Part shown: positions 52,749 through 64,000 of the stretch, one piece after another | How positions within the stretch are numbered: the stretch's first letter is position 1 | Layout of the letters: each line of letters begins with the position of its first letter | NCBI GenBank assembly: GCA_951406725.2 | Contig: OX597820.1 | Location: forward strand, 16,678,001-16,742,000 | Direction: 5' to 3' | From: Octopus vulgaris | Lineage: Eukaryota | DNA length: 64,000 bases | Program-made: the position numbers and the translations under genes | The notes under the pieces: model-generated | What the model was told of the DNA's origin: nothing | The model's input: only the letters and a program-made list of their open reading frames with translations | The model's database searches: none

Positions 52749-52852
52749 TGTATACAGTGTACCCATAAAGTCATGCCAGTTATATCAATAAATAGCTTTG
52801 AAATCCCACCATGACTTTACGGACTAGGTATACATAATACATATATACATAC

Positions 52853-53228
52853 TGGGATAGAGAAGAGAAACTGTGCCCAATTGTGGAATGTTGACATAAA
52901 GCTGAAATCAGTGAGAAAGAGAACACCTACGCCGAACTATTGAGAAATCTGCAGTTACTCTATCTAGATTACAAGTTCAGGTTTATACCTGTAATCATTG
53001 GGACCCTGTGATATGTAATGCACTGCCTAGATACCAATCTTAAGACATTAGGCTTCTCGAAACCACAAAAGAGAAAGCTAATTCGAAGACTACAGATCCA
53101 ATCCATCATTGGAACTATAAAAGTCTGTAAAACTTTTCAGAAGTTTATCATTTAAATATATATGAGCACGTCTAGATATGTAACTATATGCATGAGAATA
53201 CGTACATAAAACAAAATATACAAATCTG
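52853..53228 (+). pseudogene. 3' end of an RLE-type (R4/Dong/NeSL-like) non-LTR retrotransposon
   Basis: WDREEKLC..VE ... KISEKENTYAELLRNLQLLY.DYKFRFIPVIIG ... KTFQKFII* (stop 53153-53155), then (TACA)n. Confidence 0.7.
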
Positions 53229-53363
53229 CTCACATCCATCCATCCATCCATCCATCCATCAATACATACATGCATACATACATACATACATGCATGCATA
53301 CATACATACATACATACATGCATACATACATACATATATACATACACACATACATACATACAT

Positions 53364-53426
<63 letters not shown>

Positions 53427-53755
53427 TACATACATACACACACACACACATACATACATACACACACACACATACATACATACATACATACGTACTCTGG
53501 GATATCCCAGAAACAGCTGTAAGGCTTTGAATTTTTCCAGTAATAATAACTTATATGACTTGAGATGTTTGTCTTGCCTTAACGTTTATTGTCCTCTTTA
53601 CCAATTATATATCCGTTATATCGGAATTCTACAATGGTTCCATAACTCCTGTCTCGGCTATAACCTTGGAACCCCAGTAATCCGTTACAGCACTTACCTA
53701 GCATAGCTAGTCTAGTCGTTTAGATCCCCTATGAACTAAACCCCATATTTTGTAC

Positions 53756-53797
<42 letters not shown>

Positions 53798-53798
53798 G

Positions 53799-53985
<187 letters not shown>

Positions 53986-53990
53986 TATAC

Positions 53991-54025
<35 letters not shown>

Positions 54026-54201
54026 CATATATTATGTGAAATAGAAAGATGAATAATCTTGTAGCAGATTAATCAAAAGTTTAACCGATACCTTGGTAGC
54101 AAAAATCACAGCAGAAGACAGCACGGTTGGAGGTACAACCATATGGTGTTGCAACCGTGCGTTGGTGCGGATAATTGAAATTAAAATATTGAACACCAAT
54201 A

Positions 54202-54272
<71 letters not shown>

Positions 54273-54310
54273 TACATATACATATATATATATATACATA
54301 TATATATGTA

Positions 54311-54585
54311 TGAGTGGATTTCGTAGACGGAAACTGGAAGAAGACCGTTGTACATATGTATATGTATATATTTGCGTGTGTGTGTTTGTGTCCCCCCACC
54401 CCAAAATCGCTTGACAACCGATGCTGGTGTGTTTACGTCCTCGTAACTTAGCGGTTTGGCAAAAGAGACCGATAGAATAAGTACTAGTCTTACAAAGAAT
54501 AAGTCCTGGGGTAGCTTTGCTCGACTAAAGGCGGTGCTCCAGCATGACCGCAGTCAAATGACTGAAACAAGTAATAGGTAAAAGG
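54311..54585 (+). mobile_element. SINE family A, 5'-truncated
   Basis: Family match. Confidence 0.85.
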
Positions 54586-54600
54586 GATATACATATATAC

Positions 54601-54635
<35 letters not shown>

Positions 54636-54809
54636 GACACATATACACACTATATATATATATATATATATATATATTTCTTTACTACCCACAAGGGGCT
54701 AAACACAGAGGCGACAAACAAGGACAGACAAACGGGTTAAGTCGTACATAAGTCGATTATATATACATATATATATACATATATACATATATATATACAT
54801 ATATATATA

Positions 54810-55448
54810 CTAGCAGTATCGCCCGGCGTTGCTCGGGTTTGTAAGGGAAATAACTATATAAGCATTTTTAGAGAGTTATAGCCAAAAAATAGCAAAAAAT
54901 GCATTAAAAATGGAAAAAATATGATGGTAAATTTTTTTTTAAATCGTTGACTCATCGTAGACATTTTTAGAGAGTTACTTCCCTTATATAATAGCGAAAA
55001 AATGCATTAAAATGGAAAAAAAACGATGGTAATTTTTTTTTTTAAATCATAGACTCATGTAGACGCTTTCTTAGCCATTTCTGTTTTGGTGTCTTCAAGC
55101 CATGAAGTCGTTGTTCTAAAAGAACACTGGTCTCCTTGACAACGCATTACGACGTTGATTTCCTTACACTCCCTTCCCCACAGGTGCAGGTGTGAGCGTG
55201 GACGCCAACTCCGCCGCCATCGACACACGAAAAATTATGCATTAAAATGGAATAAAAAATGATGTTAAATTGTTTTTTAAAATCGTAGACTCATCGTAGA
55301 CGCGTGCTAATATTCAGACAGGCTCGATATGAATCACGACTATAAGCTACCCGAATTTGGTTAAACTGCACCGCAAAATGTGGGAGTAGTTAGGAATCTA
55401 AATCGAAGGGGACAGACACTCACACAACTACAGTTTTATATATATAGA
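54810..55448 (-). mobile_element. Non-autonomous Helitron with internal repeats
   Basis: CTAG end and hairpin identical to 9107; body homologous to 9670-9965; ATGCATTAAAA(A)TGG block three times. Confidence 0.8.
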
Positions 55449-55534
55449 TATACATAGCGCAGTAGTGGTGAGATGTGACAGCAAAGAAAAGCATACATTC
55501 ACTCTCTGCATGCAATTAGACTCGGAAAATTCGT

Positions 55535-55850
55535 GAGGAACCCATTGACCCAATTTGCTGACTTTTCCGATAGCACACAGGTCTCAATGAATGGTTGAAT
55601 GACCAAATCCAAGCTTCTCTGCTAGTTCCTCAACAGTTACGATGAGATTTTGTTCCACCAGGGTTTTCAGGATGTCCTTGTCGAGTTCTACAGATCTTTC
55701 AGGATGAGGCTCGTCTTCTAGGCTGTAGTTTATGGCTCGGGATTTCTGGAACCACCATTGACACTGCCTTACGCTTATTGTCCAATCCCCATATACTGCA
55801 TTAATATTTCTTGTACTTTGCACACATTTATATTCTGTTATTCTTTTATA
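55535..55850 (-). pseudogene. Mariner transposase fragment (same family as 1311-2575)
   Basis: RNINAVYGD..ISVRQCQWWFQK...SLEDEP...VTVEELAEKLGFGHSTIH. Confidence 0.85.
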
Positions 55851-56078
55851 TGTTTCACCCTTGAGGTTGTGGCCATGCTGGATCATGTGTGTGTGTGTGT
55901 GTGTGTGTGTGTCTATCTGTCTGTCTGTCTGTATGTATATATGTATATGTATGTGTGTGAACAATAATATTTTCAACAGATGTGTTGCAAATGTATCTGA
56001 TTGTTCTCAAGCTTCAATACTGTGTGTGTGTGTATGTGTGTGTGTGTGTATGTATGTATGTATATGTATGTATGTATG

Positions 56079-56109
<31 letters not shown>

Positions 56110-56164
56110 GTGTATGTATGTGTGTGTGTGTGTATGTGTGTGTGTGTATGTATGTGTGTGTGTA

Positions 56165-56195
<31 letters not shown>

Positions 56196-56653
56196 ATGTA
56201 TGTATGTATGTATGAGTGTATGTTTACTTTATTACTAACACAAGCTCTCGCTATTTACTCTCTTCCAAAAACATTTTCACTCACTCTTAGCTCTTAGCTT
56301 CCCATACATTTTACTCATGTATCTATCAGCGTCATAGACAGAATACTTTCACTTTAGTCTTCCTCAAATCACTCTGTCGCTATTTACTTTCATTTTATTC
56401 GTTGCCCACTGTGTGTGTGCGTTTGCGTGTGGTGTAAACCAGACTAAGAAAAGCATTTGACACACACACCAGAATGTGAGTTTTCTGTAAATTTTGCTTA
56501 ATTGGAGTTTAAATTTTAAAAACTGGACCTGGCATGACGCGATGCATTGTACTCTCAAAAATGCTAGGTAAATTGTAATTGAAGAAATCCTATATTGTAG
56601 ATTTGTATAACTCCCAAAGGGAGGCAGATATAATCTGCCTTTTATAATAAGAG

Positions 56654-56870
<217 letters not shown>

Positions 56871-57286
56871 CACACACATATACAGACACATACACACACA
56901 TACACAGACACGTATACACACTATATATATAGCAACTTCAAATACGGTATGCTGTTCTCCTTCGTTGTTTTGTTATATATCTTATGATAGGTAACGTCGG
57001 CGAATGTATTATCTTTCTGATTACTAGTTTCTGTTAAAACTCAGGATTGAAAATTTATAACCAAGTATAATTTGACATCAGACACACAAAAAAAAAAACT
57101 AATTAAATAACATTGCCCCTAAAATTGTATCTCAGACTTCATATGTACAAAGAAAAAAAAATTACAACAAAAAGTGACTTAATTTTCTTGCTTAACGTTT
57201 TCTAATTCTTTTCGATATAATAAATACTTGATACTTCGGGTCAATTATTTTGCATATGATAGCCAGGATTTTGTTTAGTTCTGTTG

Positions 57287-57662
57287 TGGAGGCGCAATGG
57301 CCCAGTGGTTAGGGCAGCGGACTCGCGGTCATAGGATCGCGGTTTCGATTCCCAGACCGGGCGTTGTGAGTGTTTATTGAGCGAAAACACCTAAAAGCTC
57401 CACGAGGCTCCGGCAGGGGATGGTGGTGGTCCCTGCTGTACTCTTTCTCTCACTCTTACTTTCTGTTTCTGTTGTACCTGTATTTCAAGGGGCCGGCCTT
57501 GTCACTCTCTGTGTCACGCTGAATATCCCCGAGAACTACGTTAAAGGTAGACGTGTCTGTGGAGTGCTCAGCCACTTACACGTTAATTTCACGAGCAGGC
57601 TGTTCCGTTGATTCGGATCAACCGGAACCCTCGTCGTCGTAACCGACGGAGTGCTTCCATCC
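57287..57662 (+). mobile_element. SINE family C, full length, tRNA-derived head
   Basis: A box TGGCCCAGTGG, B box GTTTCGATTCC, (TCCA) tail. Confidence 0.85.
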
Positions 57663-58023
57663 ATTAGTTCTGTTGATTCCTTTTTGATTATTATTGCGAT
57701 AATGTTTCAATTCTGTATAATTTCTTTTTCAAACATTATTCCTTTGAAATGTCTCCATTCAATGTTAGAGGTACGAGGTGTGAAATTCATTTATGAAAAA
57801 GGAAAAAATTGTCGAAATGCAACCACTCGACTTCGGAGTTCGAGTGGGCATTGCGCCTCATTTATATCTTTTCATATTTTCATTAATTTCTTTAATTTTT
57901 TCGTCTTAATTCATCTTCTTTTTGTATTTTAAGTTCCCCGATTTTATGTTTGTCCTGTTTGTATTGTCCCATTCTGTGTATAACCCCTTGTGGGTAATAA
58001 AAAAAAATCATCAATGTTAGAGG

Positions 58024-59146
58024 TACAAGCGGTACGCAAAAGTAACCGGAAACGTTATCAGTGGGACAAGCTCGTAGTAGTTCAGGCTTCTGCCGCTAGA
58101 AGCTACTTGATGTGACCCTCAGGCATCAGTCTTCCGACCGGTGTCGTCGTGTGTATTCGTACTGCCACATGGTACATCTTTCTTTTGCGAGCTCAAAATC
58201 TCTCGTGGAAGCGCCATCCAACCAAAATGCAAATATATGGGAAACTACCACCTGTGTCATCTCTTGTGAAAGGTAGGAGAGTCCAGTTTGTTGGACATTG
58301 TTGTAGAGCTGAAAAAGAATAATTTCTACTCTTCTCCTCTGGAAGCCATCTACTCGCAATACCAGAGGGCGCACACTCTCCTACCCTGATGTTATCTCCA
58401 GGGATACAGGCATCCAGCAACAGGACCTCCATAATGCCATGATGGACCGTGAAGTCTGGCGTAGCATGGTAAATTCCATTGTCTCGACCACGGTCGAACA
58501 ATGATGATGATGATGATGTTCCTCCTCTGTTCATCGATTTTTGCGATGCCTGAAACGAAGAAACAGCGTGCAGCTGTGAAATTCTATTTTCTGTTGGCGA
58601 AAACGGCGACCGAAACAGTTGCCATGCTTCAAACAGCTTATAAGGACGCTGCCATGAGCAAAACACAAGTTTAAGAGTGGTTTTCATGCTTTAGGAACGT
58701 TTCCTTGTCGCTTGAAGACCAAACTCGTTCAGAACGACTATTGACGTCCCGAACGAATGAAAACATCATGAAAATTCATGAACTGATCATGGAGAACCGT
58801 TACCGAACAATTGACGAACTTGTTTATATGACTGTCAACGAATTTTGAATGGAAAACGTTGCAGCCAAATTTGTACCTCGTTTGCTCGCGGAAGATCAAT
58901 GGCAGTCATGACTGAATGCGTGTCGTGAAATGAAAGAACAATTGCAAGTTGATCCGGGCCGTTTTTCAAAGGTCACCACTGGTGATGAAAGCTGGTGCTA
59001 CGGAATTTGCAGATGTGGAAGAGGTGAAGAGAAAAACGACGGAGGCGTTAAATGGCCTCACTTGACAGAAGTTCCAGCACTGCTTCGAATAGTGGAAAAC
59101 GCACGTGGACCGATGCATTGCTTCAAATGGAGAATACTTTGGAGGC
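58024..59146 (+). mobile_element. Internally deleted mariner transposon interrupted by an RTE insertion
   Basis: QRAAVKF..LLAKTATETVAMLQTAY...EWF, VAAKFVPRLL, VTTGDESWCYG, DRCIASNGEYF. Confidence 0.8.
58172..58518 (+). mobile_element. 5'-truncated RTE-clade LINE with (GAT)n tail
   Basis: SWKRHPT...RRVQFVGHCCRA...AMMDREVWRSMV then (ATG)n; nested in the mariner. Confidence 0.8.
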
Positions 59147-59147
59147 G

Positions 59148-59324
59148 ATTTGACTGCGGCCATGCTGGAGCACCGCCTTTAGTCGAGCAGATCGACCCCA
59201 GGACTTATTCTTTGGAAGCCTAGTACTTATTCTATCGGACTCTTTTGCCGAACCGCTAAGTGACGGGGACGTAGACACACCAGCATCGGTTGTCAAGCGA
59301 TGTTGGGGGACAAACACATACACA

Positions 59325-59374
<50 letters not shown>

Positions 59375-59572
59375 GACACATATATATATACATATACATA
59401 TACATATATACGACGGGCTTCTTTCAGTTTCCGTCTATCAAATCCACTCACAAAGCTTTGGTCGGCCCGGGGCTATAGTAGAAGACACTTGCCCAAGGTT
59501 CCACGCAGTGGGACTGAACCCGGAACCATGTGGTTCGTAAGCAAGCTACTTCCTTCACAGGCACTCCTGTGC
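59148..59572 (-). mobile_element. SINE family A
   Basis: Family match. Confidence 0.88.
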
Positions 59573-59855
59573 CGATTATTTAGAACTAAGTGAATGAAAT
59601 AATATCGCAAAATTCCGGTTTCTTTTGGGTACCCCCTCGTATATTTGTTTTTATCTTTTTCATATTTTTATGATTTCTCTTTTGCTTGTTTTAATCATTG
59701 AACTGTGGCCATACTGGGACACTGCTTTAAGGGTTTTAGTCAAATCCAGTACTTTAAGCCTGTTGCTCGTTTTATTGGTTCTATTGTCGAACCGCAAAGT
59801 TACATGAACAAACACAGACGCACACATATACATACACACATTCATAAATATGTAT

Positions 59856-60203
59856 GTCATTGTTCAGTTTTATTTCAAAATTTCTTGCCAATAGAAAAGA
59901 ACCGGTTTCTAACCTAGATCCAAGACTCCTTCGTTGGAATTTCAACATCAACAACAGGGTATGTATGTATGTATGTATGTATGTATGTATGTATGTATGT
60001 ATGTATGTATGTATGTATGTATGCATGCATGTATGTAATGTGCAGATTTGTATGTTTTGCTTTATGTATGTATTCTCATGCATATAGTCACATATCTAGA
60101 CCTGCTCATATATATTCAAATGATAAAATTCTGGAAAGTTTTACAGATTTTTACAGTTCCAGTGATGGATTGAATCTGTGGTCTTCGAATTAGCTTTCTC
60201 CTT
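59856..60203 (-). mobile_element. RLE-type LINE 3' end (minus copy)
   Basis: Reverse complement of 53075-53228 and 60835-60945. Confidence 0.75.
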
Positions 60204-60329
60204 TATGTATGTATGTATGTATGTATGTATGTATGTATGTATGTATGTATGTATGTATGTATGTATGCGTGCGTGTATGTATATGTATGTATGTATGTAT
60301 GTATGTATATTTTCTTTTGAAGTTCTTTT

Positions 60330-61017
60330 GAATACCTGTAATTATTGGGGCTCTGGGATATGTAACACACAGCCGAAATACCAACCTTGAGAAATTAGGC
60401 TTCTCAAAAACAGAAAGGAGAAAGCTAATTCGAAGACTATAGATCCAGTCCATCACTAGAACAGTAAAGTTCTGTGAAACTTTCCAGAAGTTTATCATTT
60501 AAATATATATGAGCATATATAGACATGGAACTATATGTATGAGAGTACATACATAAAGCAAAACATACAAATCCATACATATACATACATGCGTGCATAC
60601 ATACATACATACATACATACATACATACATACACATACATACATACATACATACATACATACATACATGCATGCATACATACATACGTACATACATACAT
60701 ACATACACACATACATACATACATGCATGCATGCATGCATGCATACATACATACATACATACATACATACATACATACATACATACATACATACATGCAT
60801 GCATGCATGCATGCATACATGCATATAAACAAAAAATACCCTGTTGTTGATGCTGAAATTCCGATGAAGGAGTCTTGAATCTAGGTCAGAAAGTGGTTCT
60901 TTCTCTGTTGGCAAGGAAATTTGAAATAAACTGAGTAATGACATACATACATGCAAAAATACCGTGTCGTTGATGTTGAAATTCCGATGAAGGAGTCTTG
61001 AATCTAGGTGAGAAATC
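60330..61017 (+). mobile_element. RLE-type LINE 3' end (plus copy) with duplicated terminal segment
   Basis: IPVIIGALG...KTFQKFII*, internal (TACA)n, terminal block repeated at 60955-61017. Confidence 0.75.
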
Positions 61018-61047
61018 GACATACATACATACATATTCATATACGTA

Positions 61048-61454
61048 TCTCTCTCTATATAAACGGCAGTTTGTCTGTGTGTGTTTCTGTGTGTCTGTCA
61101 GGTTGTACCCTCACCCTGACCACGGCTTTCAACCGATTCTAATGAAACTTGACACACACATAGCCCAATGTCATAATTCAAAACTAACGCAGCGAAAATT
61201 TTGAAAAGTTCCCCCAGTTCTGAAAAAAATCGATAAATTCGACATGGGACGAGAATCTAAGCTTTTTATATGCAACACATTTTCTGTCGGGAGACAACTA
61301 GGAACATCGTATACAATGAAGTGTTCGAGTGAAGAGTAGACGTTGCAACCTACACATGCGCCTTCGTTCCCTAGAGGGAAAGAACTAGATTGGGATTAGT
61401 CGTTGCCTACTAGGGGCTCTTACATACCCGGGCAACGCCGGGCTATGCTGCTAG
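61048..61454 (+). mobile_element. Non-autonomous Helitron
   Basis: 5' A|TC; 3' CCCGGGCAACGCCGGG hairpin then GCTAG|T. Confidence 0.8.
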
Positions 61455-61907
61455 TGTATGTATAAGGTTGAGAATCAGAAGATATGGAGTGTTCGATAGC
61501 TTAGTGCTGTTTGTTTCTGCTTTTTATATTTATGAGTAGAAGTCTCACTGGGTTCAAGTTTTGCTATTTATCATTCTGGCATCGATAAAGGTAAATAGCT
61601 GGCGAGAGTTGTAGATTGATGGAAGAGTTAATTCGTCAGTGAAGTGTCTTTCGGCACTCTATGTTGGTCTGATGTAAATGTTCTCTTTATTACTAAATTT
61701 CTATTAGTTATAACAGTATTTTGCGAAAGAACTGGGATCGAGTTTAATGTGAAATAGAAAAAAAGAAAGAAAGAAAGAAAGATGAAAGAATGAGAAACAA
61801 TGAAGGGACAGGGTCCCGATCTGAGGCTCCAGAGTGAACTCCCTGAATTTATGTGGTTTGATTTAATAAGAGCCTGAAGGTGCTTCAGGATTCTTATTAT
61901 AGATATG

Positions 61908-62032
<125 letters not shown>

Positions 62033-62260
62033 GTATATATATGTATATGTATATATATATGTATATGTATATAAATATATGTATATGTATATATATATAT
62101 ATATGAATATATATATGTATATATATATATATGTGTATATATATATATGTATACATATGTATATATATATGCATATATATATGTATGCATGTTGGCAAAT
62201 AATCTTTCTCTCTGTCCCGCTCTCTCTCTTTCTCTCTCTCTCTATATATATATATACATG

Positions 62261-62306
<46 letters not shown>

Positions 62307-62449
62307 ATGTGTGTGTGTGTGCTTATGTGTGTAAATGAAAATAAGACTGAATGAAGAATTACCAAGTGGAAATAATATTGAGTTGCTTATATAAATTCCT
62401 GCAAGCCTTCGAACCTCAATATTTCTAAAGTTCAGGCATCATTGTCGTC

Positions 62450-62506
62450 ATCCTTACCGCAACCACCACCACCACCACCACCACCACCACCACCACCACC
62501 ACCACC

Positions 62507-62560
<54 letters not shown>

Positions 62561-62835
62561 GTCACGGTCACCGTCATCGTCGTCGTCGTTCCTTGAGTCT
62601 TCGATATTTCGTTCTTGCTTGGTCATTTCTCATTATTTTTTTAACTCTTTTTTTTGTCCATTTTTTTTCTTTTCTGTGTTGAGATATTAGGGGAAAGGAG
62701 GACCCAATTATCTGCAGAACATGACAATTTCCAGCTGAATACCAATTCTACTTTTATAGGTCATTCGCCACTCAATCCAATTTGCCGAAGCTGCTGAAGC
62801 TGCTGCTGCTACTGCTGCAGATCATGATGGAGATG

Positions 62836-62900
<65 letters not shown>

Positions 62901-62992
62901 AATGGTGATGATGAGGATGATGATGATGATGATGAAGATGAAGATGATGATGATAATGATGGTGATGACGAAGATAATGGCAATGTTGATAC

Positions 62993-63033
<41 letters not shown>

Positions 63034-63045
63034 GTGATAATGATG
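62450..63045. repeat. (ACC)n(ATC)n and degenerate (GAT)n trinucleotide repeats
   Basis: Direct inspection. Confidence 0.9.
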
Positions 63046-63395
63046 GTGTCAGAAGAAAAGAAGGTGGTGTTACAAAGACAACTGTAATGGCGCTTCTTTC
63101 TCCATTCTCTGCTCTCATATTTCCTATATATTTTGTCGATACTAACTGTAAAGTTGCTACCGCAGTAGCTACTCATTGGAAAGTTTGCCTCACGTTCGTA
63201 TTTCATTCTTAATTTCTTATATTCTTTTAGCTGTAGCTTTTGCTTCAGGAATTTGACACTTAAGTACAGCTTCACCCGTCTGTCAAACGACGGTTTATTT
63301 ACGTGCCATAAGTGAGACTCTATGGAGTCTCCCAATCACGTCCTGCCCTCTCTCTCTTTAAAAAATGCCACGGTTTTCTCATAAATATATCGTCA

Positions 63396-63979
63396 GGCTG
63401 TGTGGTAAGTAGCTTGTTTACCAACCACATGGTTCCGGGTTCAGTCCTACTGCGTTGCACTTTGGGCAAGTGTCTTCTACTATAGCCTCGGGCCGATCAA
63501 AGCCTTGTGAGTGGATTTGGTAGACGGAAACTGAAAGAAGCCCGTCGTATATATGTGTGTATATATATATATATGTATGTGTGTGTGTTTGTGTGTCTGT
63601 GTTTGTCCCCCCTGCAATATCGCTTGACAACCGATGCTGGTGTGTTTATGTCTCCGTCACTTAGCGGTTCGTGGCCGATAGAATAAGTACTGGGCTTACA
63701 AAGAATAAGTCCCGGGGTCGAGTTGCTCGATTAAAGGCGGTGCTCCAGCATGGCCGCAGTCAAATGACTGAAACAAGTAAAAGAGTAAAAGAGTATATAT
63801 ATATACACGTACATAGGCGTAGGAGCGACTGTGTGGTAAGAAGCTTGCTTCCCAATCACATGTTTCCAGGTTCAGTCGCACTGTGTGGTTTCTTGGGCAA
63901 GTATCTTCTAATATAACCTCAGCCCAACCAAATTTTGAGAGTAGATTTGGTAAACGGAAACTGAAAGAAGCCTGTCGTA
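63396..63979 (+). mobile_element. SINE family A copy (63396-63793) followed by a second 5' half (63815-63979)
   Basis: Family match. Confidence 0.88.
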
Positions 63980-64000
63980 TATATGTTGACTGTTCTTTGA

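Noticed and set aside
57287-57365. tRNA gene candidates (also 16085, 34500, 42232, 42481)
   Set aside because: tRNA-derived SINE heads continuing into SINE bodies; no complete cloverleaf or Pol III terminator
62760-63335. Possible exon: + strand acceptor TTTTATAG|G at 62759 opening an Ala/Asp-rich frame; also the 187-aa minus-strand ORF
   Set aside because: Dominated by degenerate (GAT)n; no convincing donor, partner exon or recognisable domain. RNA-seq would be needed to rescue it.

Overview
AT-rich, microsatellite-saturated animal genomic DNA. The SINE families, recognised from memory rather than by database search, point to an Octopus genome. The only well-supported host gene content is two phase-compatible + strand exons (2946-3061 and a probable terminal exon 3763-4125) of a polyglutamine protein with an LxxLL motif; I cannot name the gene. 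The rest is mostly transposable-element debris: three abundant tRNA-type SINE families, mariner/maT/pogo transposons and MITEs, six non-autonomous Helitrons, Gypsy gag, LINE ORF1, RTE and RLE-type LINE fragments, and Penelope-like (PLE) RT and GIY-YIG fragments. Almost all long ORFs in the supplied track are translated microsatellites. The most striking unexplained signal is a set of sequence-unrelated type I hammerhead ribozyme motifs with palindromic stem III. They sit next to (TA)n tracts, often inside long inverted repeats. One locus (26217-27226) has two intact hammerheads 457 nt apart in tandem, a retrozyme/circRNA-like architecture. Repeat boundaries are read by eye and are approximate.
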